Shown piece by piece: positions 36,201 through 51,200 of a stretch of DNA of 64,000 bases. A model generated the notes under the pieces. It was not told the DNA's origin. It did not search any database and saw only the letters and a program-made list of their open reading frames with translations. Source of the stretch: Eledone cirrhosa (Eukaryota); the NCBI GenBank assembly GCA_964016885.1, contig OZ024742.1, positions 369,706,001-369,770,000 of the forward strand, read 5' to 3'. A program made the translations under genes and the position numbers. The first letter of the stretch is position 1. Every line of letters begins with the position of its first letter.

Positions 36201-39200
36201 TTGTCTAGGTTGACATGGGTTAGACAGATCCTGTCTCACAATAGACAGGTCAAGACATCCACTGTACAACATCTTGTTGTCTAGGTTGACATGGGTTAGA
36301 CAGATCCTGTCTCACAATAGACAGGTCAAGACATCCACTGTACAACATCTTATTGTCTAGGTTGACATGGGTTAGACAGATCCTGTCTCACAATAGACAT
36401 GTCAAGACATCCACTGTACAACATCTTATTGTCTAGGTTGACATGGGTTAGACAGATCCTGTCTCACGATAGACAGGTCAAGACATCCACTGTACAACAT
36501 CTTATTGTCTAGGTTGACATGGGTTAGACAGATCCTGTCTCACAATAGACAGGTCAAGACATCCACTGTACAACATCTTATTGTCTAGGTTGACATGGGT
36601 TAGAGTGATCCTGTCTCACAATAAACAGGTCAAGACATCCACTGTACAACATCTTATTGTCTAGGTTGACATGGGTTAGACAGATCCTGTCTCACAATAG
36701 ACAGGTCAAGACATCCACTGTACAACATCTTATTGTCTAGGTTGACATGGGTTAGACTGATCCTGTCTCACAATAGACAGGTCAAGACATCCACTGTACA
36801 ACATCTTATTGTCTAGGTTGACATGGGTTAGACAGATCCTGTCTCACAATAGACAGGTCAAGACATCCACTGTACAACATCTTATTGTCTAGGTTGACAT
36901 GGGTTAGACTGATCCTGTCTCACAATAGACAGGTCAAGACATCAACTGTACAACATCTTATTGTCTAGGTTGACATGGGTTAGACAGATCCTGTCTCACA
37001 ATAGACAGGTCAAGACATCCACTGTACAACATCTTATTGTCTAGGTTGACATGGGTTAGACAGATCCTGTCTCACAATAGACAGGTCAAGACATCCACTG
37101 TACAACATCTTATTGTCTAGGTTGACATGGGTTAGACTGATCCTGTCTCACAATAGACAGGTCAAGACATCCACTGTACAACATCTTATTGCTAGGTTGA
37201 CATGGGTTAGACTGATCCTGTCTCACAATAGACAGGTCAAGACATCCACTGTACAACATCTTATTGTCTAGGTTGACATGGGTTAGACTGATCCTGTCTC
37301 ACAATAGACAGGGAAAGACATCCACTGTACAACATCTTATTGTCTAGGTTGACATGGGTTAGACAGATCCTGTCTCACAATAGACAGGTCAAGACATCCA
37401 CTGTACAACATCTTATTGTCTAGGTTGACATGGGTTAGACTGATCCTGTCTCACAATAGACAGGTCAAGACATCCACTGTACAGCATCTTATTGTCTAGG
37501 TTGACATGGGTTAGACAGATCCTGTCTCACAATAGACAGGTCAAGACATCCACTGTACAACATCTTATTGTCTAGGTTGACATGGGTTAGACAGATCCTG
37601 TCCCACAATAGACAGGTCAAGACATCCACTGTACAACACCTTATTGTCTAGGTTGACATGGGTTAGACTGATCCTGTCTCACAATAGACAGGTCAAGACA
37701 TCCACTGTACAACATCTGATTGTCTAGGTTGACATGGATTAGACTGATCCTGTCTCACAATAGACAGGTCAAGACATCCACTGTACAACATCTTATTGTC
37801 TACGTTGACATGGGTTAGACAGATCCTGTCTCACAATAGACAGGTCAAGACATCCACTGTACAACATCTTATTGTCTAGGTTGACATGGGTTAGACTGAT
37901 CCTGTCTCACAATAGACAGGTCAAGACATCCACTGTACAACATCTTATTGTCTAGGTTGACATGGGTTACACAGATCCTGTCTCACAATAGACAGGTCAA
38001 GACATCCACTGTACAACATCTTATTGTCTAGGTTGACATGGGTTAGACAGATCCTGTCTCACAATAGACAGGTCAAGACATCCACTGTACAACATCTTAT
38101 TTTCTAGATTGACATGGGTTAGACTGATCCTGTCTCACAATAGACAGGTCAAGACATCCACTGTACAACATCTTATCGTCTAGGTTGACATGGGTTAGAC
38201 TGATCCTGTCTGACAATAGACAGGTCAAGACATCCACTGTACAACATCTTATCGTCTAGGTTGACATGGGTTAGACTGATCCTGTCTCACAATAGACAGG
38301 TCAAGACATCCACTGTACAACATCTTATTGTCTAGGTTGACATGGGTTAGACAGATCCTGTCTCACAATAGACAGGTCAAGACATCCACTGTACAGCATC
38401 TTATTGTCTAGGTTGACATGGGTTAGACAGATCCTGTCTCACAATAGACAGGTCAAGACATCCACTGTACAACATCTTATTGTCTAGGTTGACATGGGTT
38501 AGACTGATCCTGTCTCACAATAGACAGGTCAAGACATCCACTGTACAGCATCTTATTGTCTAGGTTGACATGGGTTAGACAGATCCTGTCTCACAATAGA
38601 CAGGTCAAGACATCCACTGTACAACATCTTGTTGTCTAGGTTGACATGGGTTAGACAGATCCTGTCTCATAATAGACAGGTCAAGACATCCACTGTACAA
38701 CATCTTATTGTCTAGGTTGACATGGGTTAGACTGATCCTGTCTCACAATAGACAGGTCAAGACATCCACTGTACAACATCTCATTGTCTAGGTTGACATG
38801 GGTTAGACTGATCCTGTCTCACAATAGACAGGTCAAGACATCCACTGTACAACATCTTATCGTCTAGGTTGACATGGGTTAGACTGATCCTGTCTCACAA
38901 TAGACAGGTCAAGACATCCACTGTACAACATCTTATCGTCTAGGTTGACATGGGTTAGACTGATCCTGTTTCACAATAGACAGGTCAAAACATCCACTGT
39001 ACAACATCTTATTGTCTAGGTTGACATGGGTTAGACAGATCCTGTCTCACAATAGACAGGTCAAGACATCCACTGTACAACATCTTATTGTCTAGGTTGA
39101 CATGGGTTAGACTGATCCTCTCTCACAATAGACAGGTCAAGACATCCACTGTACAACATCTTATTGTCTAGGTTGACATGGGTTAGACAGATCCTGTCTC

Positions 39201-42200
39201 ACAATAGACAGGTCAAGACATCCACTGTACAACATCTTATTGTCTAGGTTGACATGGGTTAGACTGATCCTGTCTCACAATAGACAGGTCAAGACATCCA
39301 CTGTACAACATCTTATTGTCTAGGTTGACATGGGTTAGACAGATCCTGTCTCACAATAGACAGGTCAAGACATCCACTGTACAACATCTTATTGTCTAGG
39401 TTGACATGGGTTAGACTGATCCTGTCTCACAATAGACAGGTCAAGACATCCACTGTACAACATCTTATCGTCTAGGTTGACATGGGTTAGACTGATCCTG
39501 TCTCACAATAGACAGGTCAAGACATCCACTGTACAACATCTTATTGCTAGGTTGACATGGGTTAGACAGATCCTGTCTCACAATAGACAGGTCAAGACAT
39601 CCACTGTACAACATCTTATTGTCTAGGTTGACATGGGTTAGACTGATCCTGTCTCACAATAGACAGGGAAAGACATCCACTGTACAACATCTTATTGTCT
39701 AGGTTGACATGGGTTAGACTGATCCTGTCTCACAATAGACAGGTCAAGACATCCACTGTACAACATCTGATTGTCTAGGTTGACATGGATTAGACTGATC
39801 CTGTCTCACAATAGACAGGTCAAGAAATCCACTGTACAACATCTTATTGTCTAGGTTGACATGGGTTAGACTGATCCTGTCTCACAATAGACAGGTCAAG
39901 ACATCCACTGTACAACATCTTATTGTCTAGCTTGACATGGGTTAGACAGATCCTGTCTCACAATAGACAGGTCAAGACATCCACTGTACAACATCTTATT
40001 TTCTAGGTTGACATGGGTTAGACTGATCCTGTCTCACAATAGACAGGTCAAGACATCCACTATACAACATCTTATTGTCTAGGTTGACATGGGTTAGACA
40101 GATCCTGTCTCACAATAGACAGGTCAAGACATCCACTGTACAACATCTTATCGTCTAGGTTGACATGGGTTAGACTGATCCTGTCTCACAATAGACAGGT
40201 CAAGACATCCACTGTACAACATCTTATCGTCTAGGTTGACATGGGTTAGACTGATCCTGTCTCACAATAGACAGGTCAAGACATCCACTGTACAACATCT
40301 TATTGTCTAGGTTGACATGGGTTAGACAGATCCTGTCTCACAATAGACAGGTCAAGACATCCACTGTACAACATCTTATTGTCTAGGTTGACATGGGTTA
40401 GACTGATCATGTCTCACAATAGACAGGTCAAGACATCCACTGTACAACATCTTATTGTCTAGGTTGACATGAGTTACACAGATCCTGTCTCACAATAGAC
40501 AGGTCAAGACATCCACTGTACAACATCTTATTGTCTAGGTTGACATGGGTTAGACAGATCCTGTCTCACAATAGACAGGACAAGACATCCACTGTACAAC
40601 ATCTTATTGTCTAGGTTGACATGGGTTAGACAGATCCTGTCCCACAATAGACAGGTCAAGACATCCACTGTACAACACCTTATTGTCTAGGTTGACATGG
40701 GTTAGACTGATCCTGTCTCACAATAGACAGGTCAAGACATCCACTGTACAACATCTGATTGTCTAGGTTGACATGGATTAGACTGATCCTGTCTCACAAT
40801 AGACAGGTCAAGACATCCACTGTACAACATCTTATTGTCTACGTTGACATGGGTTAGACAGATCCTGTCTCACAATAGACAGGTCAAGACATCCACTGTA
40901 CAACATCTTATTGTCTAGGTTGACATGGGTTAGACTGATCCTGTCTCACAATAGACAGGTCAAGACATCCACTGTACAACATCTTATTGTCTAGGTTGAC
41001 ATGGGTTACACAGATCCTGTCTCACAATAGACAGGTCAAGACATCCACTGTACAACATCTTATTGTCTAGGTTGACATGGGTTAGACAGATCCTGTCTCA
41101 CAATAGACAGGTCAAGACATCCACTGTACAACATCTTATTTTCTAGGTTGACATGGGTTAGACTGATCCTGTCTCACAATAGACAGGTCAAGACATCCAC
41201 TGTACAACATCTTATCGTCTAGGTTGACATGGGTTAGACTGATCCTGTCTCACAATAGACAGGTCAAGACATCCACTGTACAACATCTTATCGTCTAGGT
41301 TGACATGGGTTAGACTGATCCTGTCTCACAATAGACAGGTCAAGACATCCACTGTACAACATCTTATTGTCTAGGTTGACATGGGTTAGACAGATCCTGT
41401 ATCACAATAGACAGGTCAAGACATCCACTGTACAACATCTTATTGTCTAGGTTGACATGGGTTAGACTGATCCTGTCTCACAATAGACAGGTCAAGACAT
41501 CCACTGTACAGCATCTTATTGTCTAGGTTGACATGGGTTAGACAGATCCTGTCTCACAATAGACAGGTCAAGACATCCACTGTACAACATCTTGTTGTCT
41601 AGGTTGACATGGGTTAGACAGATCCTGTCTCATAATAGACAGGTCAAGACATCCACTGTACAACATCTTATTGTCTAGGTTGACATGGGTTAGACTGATC
41701 CTGTCTCACAATAGACAGGTCAAGACATCCACTGTACAACATCTCATTGTCTAGGTTGACATGGGTTAGACTGATCCTGTCTCACAATAGACAGGTCAAG
41801 ACATCCACTGTACAACATCTTATCGTCTAGGTTGACATGGGTTAGACTGATCCTGTCTCACAATAGACAGGTCAAGACATCCACTGTACAACATCTTATC
41901 GTCTAGGTTGACATGGGTTAGACTGATCCTGTTTCACAATAGACAGGTCAAAACATCCACTGTACAACATCTTATTGTCTAGGTTGACATGGGTTAGACA
42001 GATCCTGTCTCACAATAGACAGGTCAAGACATCCACTGTACAACATCTTATTGTCTAGGTTGACATGGGTTAGACTGATCCTCTCTCACAATAGACAGGT
42101 CAAGACATCCACTGTACAACATCTTATTGTCTAGGTTGACATGGGTTAGACAGATCCTGTCTCACAATAGACAGGTCAAGACATCCACTGTACAACATCT

Positions 42201-45200
42201 TATTGTCTAGGTTGACATGGGTTAGACTGATCCTGTCTCACAATAGACAGGTCAAGACATCCACTGTACAACATCTTATTGTCTAGGTTGACATGGGTTA
42301 GACAGATCCTGTCTCACAATAGACAGGTCAAGACATCCACTGTACAACATCTTATTGTCTAGGTTGACATGGGTTAGACTGATCCTGTCTCACAATAGAC
42401 AGGTCAAGACATCCACTGTACAACATCTTATTGCTAGGTTGACATGGGTTAGACAGATCCTGTCTCACAATAGACAGGTCAAGACATCCACTGTACAACA
42501 TCTTATTGCTAGGTTGACATGGGTTAGACTGATCCTGTCTCACAATAGATAGGTCAAGACATCCACTGTACAACATCTGATTGTCTAGGTTGACATGGAT
42601 TAGACTGATCCTGTCTCACAATAGACAGGTCAAGAAATCCACTGTACAACATCTTATTGTCTAGGTTGACATGGGTTAGACAGATCCTGTCTCACAATAG
42701 ACAGGTCAAGACATCCACTGTACAACATCTTATTGTCTAGGTTGACATGGGTTAGACTGATCCTGTCTCACAATAGACAGGTCAAGACATCCACTGTACA
42801 ACATCTTATTGCTAGGTTGACATGGGTTAGACAGATCCTGTCTCACAATAGACAGGTCAAGACATCCACTGTACAACATCTTATTGCTAGGTTGACATGG
42901 GTTAGACTGATCCTGTCTCACAATAGATAGGTCAAGACATCCACTGTACAACATCTGATTGTCTAGGTTGACATGGATTAGACTGATCCTGTCTCACAAT
43001 AGACAGGTCAAGAAATCCACTGTACAACATCTTATTGTCTAGGTTGACATGGGTTAGACTGATCCTGTCTCACAATAGACAGGTCAAGACATCCACTGTA
43101 CAACATCTTATTGTCTAGGTTGACATGGGTTACACAGATCCTGTCTAACAATAGACAGGTCAAGACATCCACTGTACAACATCTTATTGTCTAGCTTGAC
43201 ATGGGTTAGACAGATCCTGTCTCACAATAGACAGGTCAAGACATCCACTATACAACATCTTATTTTCTAGGTTGACATGGGTTAGACTGATCCTGTCTCA
43301 CAATAGACAGGTCAAGACATCCACTGTACAACATCTTATCGTCTAGGTTGACATGGGTTAGACTGATCCTGTCTCACAATAGACAGGTCAAGACATCCAC
43401 TGTACAACATCTTATCGTCTAGGTTGACATGGGTTAGACTGATCCTGTCTCACAATAGACAGGTCAAGACATCCACTGTACAACATCTTATTGTCTAGGT
43501 TGACATGGGTTAGACAGATCCTGTCTCACAATAGACAGGTCAAGACATCCACTGTACAACATCTTATTGTCTAGGTTGACATGGGTTAGACTGATCATGT
43601 CTCACAATAGACAGGTCAAGACATCCACTGTACAACATCTTATTGTCTAGGTTGACATGGGTTACACAGATCCTGTCTCACAATAGACAGGTCAAGACAT
43701 CCACTGTACAACATCTTATTGTCTAGGTTGACATGGGTTAGACAGATCCTGTCTCACAATAGACAGGACAAGACATCCACTGTACAACATCTTATTGTCT
43801 AGGTTGACATGGGTTAGACAGATCCTGTCTCACAATAGACAGGTCAAGACATCCACTGTACAACATCTTATTGTCTAGGTTGACATGGGTTAGACAGAAC
43901 CTGTCTCACAATAGACAAGTCAAGACATCCACTGTACAACATCTTATTGTGTAGGTTGACATGGGTTAGACAGATCCTCCTCTCACAATAGACAGGTCAA
44001 GACATCCACTGTACAACATCTTATTGCTTAGGTTGACATGGGTTAGACTGATCCTGTCTCACAATAGACAGGTCAAGACATCCACTGTACAACATCTTAT
44101 TGTCTAGGTTGACATGGGTTAGACAGATCCTGTCTCACAATAGACAGGTCAAGACATCCACTGTACAACATCTTATTGTCTAGGTTGACATGGGTTAGAC
44201 TGATCCTGTCTCACAATAGACAGGTCAAGACATCCACTGTACAACATCTTATTGTCTAGGTTGACATGGGTTAGACAGATCCTGTCTCACAATAGACAGG
44301 TCAAGACATCCACTGTACAACATCTTATTGTCTAGGTTGACATGGGTTAGACAGATCCTGTCTCACAATAGACAGGTCAAGACATCCACTGTACAACATC
44401 TTATTGTCTAGGTTGACATGGGTTAGACAGATCCTGTCTCACAATAGACAGGTCAAGACATCCACTGTACAACATCTTATTGTCTAGGTTGACATGGGTT
44501 AGACAGATCCTGTCTCACAATAGACAGGTCAAGACATCCACTTTATAACATTTATTGTCTAGGTTGACTTGGGTTAGACAGATCCTGTCTCACAATAGAT
44601 AGGTCAAGACATCCACTGTGCAACATCTTATTGTCTAGGTTGACATGGGTTAGACAGATCCAGTCTCACAATAGACAGGTCAAGACATCCACTGTACAAC
44701 ATCTTATTGTCTAGGTTGACATGGGTTAGACAGATCCTGTCTCACAATAGACAGGTGAAGACATCCACTGTACAACATCTTATTGTCAAGGTTGACATGG
44801 GTTAGACAGATCCTGCCTCACAATAGACAGGTCAAGACATCCACTGTACAACATCTTATTGTCTAGGTTGACATGGGATAGACAGATCCTGTCTCACAAT
44901 AGATAGGTCAAGCCATCCTCTGTACAACATCTTATTGTCTAGGTTGACATGGGTTAGACAGATCCTGTCTCACAATAGATAGGTCAAGACATCCACTGTA
45001 CAACATCTTATTGTCTAAGTTGACATTGGTTAGACAGACCCTGTCTCACAATAGACAGGTCAAGACATCCACTGTACAACATCTTATTGTCTAAGTTGGC
45101 ATGGGTTAGACAGATCCTGTCTCGCAATAGACATGTCAAGACATCCACCGTACAACATCTTATTGTCTAGGTTGACATGGGTTAGACAGATACTGTCTCA

Positions 45201-48200
45201 CAATAGACATGTCAAGACATCCACTGTACAACATCTTATTGTCTAGGTTGACATGGGTTAGACAGATCCTGTCTCACAATAGACAGGTCAAGACATCCAC
45301 TGTACAACATCTTATTGTCTAGCTTGGCATGGGTTAGACAGATCCTGTCTCACAATAGACAGGTCAAGACATCCACTGTACAACATCTTATTGTCTAGGT
45401 TGACATGGGTTAGACAGATCCTGTCTCACAATAGACAGGTCAAGACATCCACTGTACAACATCTTATTGTCTAGGTTGACATGGGTTAGACTGATCCTGT
45501 CTCACAATCGACAGGTCAAGACATCCACTGTACAACATCTTATTGTCTAGGTTGACATGGGTTAGACAGATCCTGTCTCACAATAGACAAGTCAAGACAT
45601 CCACTGTACAACATCTTATTGTGTAGGTTGACATGGGTTAGACAGATCCTGTCTCACAATAGACAGGTCAAGACATCCACTGTACAACATCTTATTGTCT
45701 AGGTTGACATGGGTTAGACTGATCCTGTCTCACAATAGACAGGTCAAGACATCCACTGTACAACATCTTATTGTCTAGGTTGACATGGGTTAGACAGATC
45801 CTGTCTCACGATAGACAGGTCAAGACATCCACTGTACAACATCTTATTGTCTAGGTTGACATGGGTTAGACAGATCCTGTCTCACAATAGACAGGTCAAG
45901 ACATCCACTGTACAACATCTTATTGTCTAGGTTGACATGGGTTAGACTGATCCTGTCTCACAATAAACAGGTCAAGACATCCACTGTACAACATCTTATT
46001 GTCTAGGTTGACATGGGTTAGACAGATCCTGTCTCACAATAGACAGGTCAAGACATCCACTGTACAACATCTTATTGTCTAGGTTGACATGGGTTAGACT
46101 GATCCTGTCTCACAATAGACAGGTCAAGACATCCACTGTACAACATCTTATTGTCTAGGTTGACATGGGTTAGACAGATCCTGTCTCACAATAGACAGGT
46201 CAAGACATCCACTGTACAACATCTTATTGTCTAGGTTGACATGGGTTAGACTGATCCTGTCTCACAATAGACAGGTCAAGACATCCACTGTACAACATCT
46301 TATTGTCTAGGTTGACATGGGTTAGCCTGATCCTGTCTCACAATAGACAGGTCAAGACATCCACTGTACAACATCTTATTGTCTAGGTTGACATGGGTTA
46401 GACAGATCCTGTCTCACAATAGACAGGTCAAGACATCCACTGTACAACATCTTATTGTCTAGGTTGACATGGGTTAGCCTGATCCTGTCTCACAATAGAC
46501 AGGTCAAGACATCCACTGTACAACATCTTATTGTCTAGGTTGACATGGGTTAGCCTGATCCTGTCTCACAATAGACAGGTCAAGACATCCACTGTACAAC
46601 ATCTGATTGTCTAGGTTGACATGGATTAGACTGATCCTGTCTCACAATAGACAGGTCAAGACATCCACTGTACAACATCTTATTGTCTAGGTTGACATGG
46701 GTTAGACAGATCCTGTCTCACAATAGACAGGTCAAGACATCCACTGTACAACATCTTATTGTCTAGGTTGACATGGGTTAGACAGATCCTGTCTCACAAT
46801 AGACAAGTCAAGACATCCACTCTACAACATCTTATTGTGTAGGTTGACATGGGTTAGACAGATCCTGTCTCACAATAGACAGGTCAAGACATCCACTGTA
46901 CAACATCTTATTGTCTAGGTTGACATGGGTTAGACAGATCCTGTCTCACAATAGACAGGTCAAGACATCCACTGTACAACATCTTATTGTCTATGTTGAC
47001 ATGGGTTAGACAGATCCTGTCTCACAATAGACAGGTCAAGACATCCACTGTACAACATCTTATTGTCTAGGTTGACATGGGTTAGACTGATCCTGTCTCA
47101 CAATAGACAGGTCAAGACATCCACTGTACAGCATCTTATTGTCTAGGTTGACATGGGTTAGACAGATCCTGTCTCACAATAGACAGGTCAAGACATCCAC
47201 TGTACAACATCTTATCGTCTAGGTTGACATGGGTTAGACTGATCCTGTCTCACAATAGACAGGTCAAGACATCCACTGTACAACATCTTATTGTCTAGGT
47301 TGACATGGGTTAGACTGATCCTGTCTCACAATAGACAGGTCAAGACATCCACTGTACAACATCTTATTGTCTAGGTTGACATGGGTTAGACTGATCCTGT
47401 CTCACAATAGACAGGTCAAGACATCCACTGTACAACATCTTATTGTCTAGGTTGACATGGGTTAGACTGATCCTGTCTCACAATAGACAGGTCAAGACAT
47501 CCACTGTACAACATCTTATCGTCTAGGTTGACATGGATTAGACTGATCCTGTCTCACAATAGACAGGTCAAGACATCCACTGTACAACATCTTATTGTCT
47601 AGGTTGACATGGGTTAGACAGATCCTGTCTCACAATAGACAGGTCAAGACATCCACTGTACAACATCTTACTGTCTAGGTTGACATGGGTTAGACTGATC
47701 CTGTCTCACAATAGACAGGTCAAGACATCCACTGTACAACATCTTATTGTCTAGGTTGACATGGGTTAGACAGATCCTGTCCCACAATAGACAGGTCAAG
47801 ACATCCACTGTACAACATCTTATTATCTAGGTTGACATGGGTTAGACTTATCCTGTCTCACAATAGACAGGTCAAGACATCCACTGTACAGCATCTTATT
47901 GTCTAGGTTGACATGGGTTAGACAGATCCTGTCTCACAATAGACAGGTCAAGACATCCACTGTACAACATCTTGTTGTCTAGGTTGACATGGGTTAGACA
48001 GATCCTGTCTCACAATAGACAGGTCAAGACATCCACTGTACAACATCTTATTGTCTAGGTTGACATGGGTTAGACAGATCCTGTCTCACAATAGACAGGT
48101 CAAGACATCCACTGTACAACATCTTATTGTCTAGGTTGACATGGGTTAGACAGATCCTGTCTCACGATAGACAGGTCAAGACATCCACTGTACAACATCT

Positions 48201-51200
48201 TATTGTCTAGGTTGACATGGGTTAGACAGATCCTGTCTCACAATAGACAGGTCAAGACATCCACTGTACAACATCTTATTGTCTAGGTTGACATGGGTTA
48301 GAGTGATCCTGTCTCACAATAAACAGGTCAAGACATCCACTGTACAACATCTTATTGTCTAGGTTGACATGGGTTAGACAGATCCTGTCTCACAATAGAC
48401 AGGTCAAGACATCCACTGTACAACATCTTATTGTCTAGGTTGACATGGGTTAGACTGATCCTGTCTCACAATAGACAGGTCAAGACATCCACTGTACAAC
48501 ATCTTATTGTCTAGGTTGACATGGGTTAGACAGATCCTGTCTCACAATAGACAGGTCAAGACATCCACTGTACAACATCTTATTGTCTAGGTTGACATGG
48601 GTTAGACTGATCCTGTCTCACAATAGACAGGTCAAGACATCAACTGTACAACATCTTATCGTCTAGGTTGACATGGGTTAGACTGATCCTGTCTCACAAT
48701 AGACAGGTCAAGACATCCACTGTACAACATCTTATTGCTAGGTTGACATGGGTTAGACTGATCCTGTCTCACAATAGACAGGTCAAGACATCCACTGTAC
48801 AACATCTTATTGTCTAGGTTGACATGGGTTAGACTGATCCTGTCTCACAATAGACAGGGAAAGACATCCACTGTACAACATCTTATTGTCTAGGTTGACA
48901 TGGGTTAGACAGATCCTGTCTCACAATAGACAGGTCAAGACATCCACTGTACAACATCTTATTGTCTAGGTTGACATGGGTTAGACTGATCCTGTCTCAC
49001 AATAGACAGGTCAAGACATCCACTGTACAGCATCTTATTGTCTAGGTTGACATGGGTTAGACAGATCCTGTCTCACAATAGACAGGTCAAGACATCCACT
49101 GTACAACATCTTATTGTCTAGGTTGACATGGGTTAGACAGATCCTGTCCCACAATAGACAGGTCAAGACATCCACTGTACAACATCTTATTGTCTAGGTT
49201 GGCATGGGTTAGACAGATCCTGTCTCACAATAGACAGGTCAAGACATCCACTGTACAACATCTTATTGTCTAGGTTGACATGGGTTAGACTGATCCTGTC
49301 TCACAATAGACAGGTCAAGACATCCACTGTACAGCATCTTATTGTCTAGGTTGACATGGGTTAGACAGATCCTGTCTCACAATAGACAGGTCAAGACATC
49401 CACTGTACAACATCTTATTGTCTAGGTTGACATGGGTTAGACAGATCCTGTCTCACAATAGACAGGTCAAGACATCCACTGTACAGCATCTTATTGTCTA
49501 GGTTGACATGGGTTAGACAGATCCTGTCTCACAATAGACAGGTCAAGACATCCACTGTACAACATCTTATTGTCTAGGTTGACATGGGTTAGACAGATCC
49601 TGTCTCACAATAGACAGGTCAAGACATCCACTGTACAACATCTTATTGTCTAGGTTGACATGGGTTAGACAGATCCTGTCTCACAATAGACAGGTCAAGA
49701 CATCCACTGTACAACATCTTATTGTCTAGGTTGACATGGGTTAGACTGATCCTGTCTCACAATAGACAGGTCAAGACATCCACTGTACAACATCTTATTT
49801 TCTAGGTTGACATGGGTTAGACTGATCCTGTTTCACAATAGACAGGTCAAGACATCCACTGTACAACATCTTATTGTCTAGGTTGACATGGGTTAGACTG
49901 ATCCTGTCTCACAATAGACAGGTCAAGACATCCACTGTACAACATCTTATCGTCTAGGTTGACATGGGTTAGACTGATCCTGTCTCACAATAGACAGGTC
50001 AAGACATCCACTGTACAACATCTTATTGTCTAGGTTAACATGGGTTACACAGATCCTGTCTCACAATAGACAGGTCAAGACATCCACTGTACAACATCTT
50101 ATTGTCTAGGTTGACATGGGTTAGACAGATCCTGTCTCACAATAGACAGGTCAAGACATCCACTGTACAACATCTTATTTTCTAGGTTGACATGGGTTAG
50201 ACTGATCCTGTCTCACAATAGACAGGTCAAGACATCCACTGTACAACATCTTATCGTCTAGGTTGACATGGGTTAGACTGATCCTGTCTCACAATAGACA
50301 GGTCAAGACATCCACTGTACAACATCTTATTGTCTAGGTTGACATGGGTTAGACAGATCCTGTCCCACAATAGACAGGTCAAGACATCCACTGTACAACA
50401 TCTTATTGTCTAGGTTGACATGGGTTAGACTGATCCTGTCTCACAATAGACAGGTCAAGACATCCACTGTACAACATCTTATTGTCTAGGTTGACATGGG
50501 TTAGACAGATCCTGTCTCACAATAGACAGGTCAAGACATCCACTGTACATCTTATTGTCTAGGTTGACATGGGTTAGACAGATCCTGTCTCACAATAGAT
50601 AGGTCAAGACATCCACTGTACAACATCTTATTGTCTAGGTTGACATGGGTTAGACTGATCCTGTCTCACAATAGACAGGTCAAGACATCAACTGTACAAC
50701 ATCTTATTGTCTAGGTTGACATGGGTTAGACAGATCCTGTCTCACAATAGACAGGTCAAGACATCCACTGTACAACATCTTATTGTCTAGGTTGACATGG
50801 GTTAGACAGATCCTGTCTCACAATAGACAGGTCAAGACATCCACTGTACAACATCTTATTGTCTAGGTTGACATGGGTTAGACTGATCCTGTCTCACAAT
50901 AGACAGGTCAAGACATCCACTGTACAACATCTTATTGCTAGGTTGACATGGGTTAGACTGATCCTGTCTCACAATAGACAGGTCAAGACATCCACTGTAC
51001 AACATCTTATTGTCTAGGTTGACATGGGTTAGACTGATCCTGTCTCACAATAGACAGGGAAAGACATCCACTGTACAACATCTTATTGTCTAGGTTGACA
51101 TGGGTTAGACAGATCCTGTCTCACAATAGACAGGTCAAGACATCCACTGTACAACATCTTATTGTCTAGGTTGACATGGGTTAGACTGATCCTGTCTCAC

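Noticed and set aside
31415-42954. 25-aa-repeat ORFs in the 76-bp satellite
   Set aside because: They arise only where 75-bp variants are adjacent.
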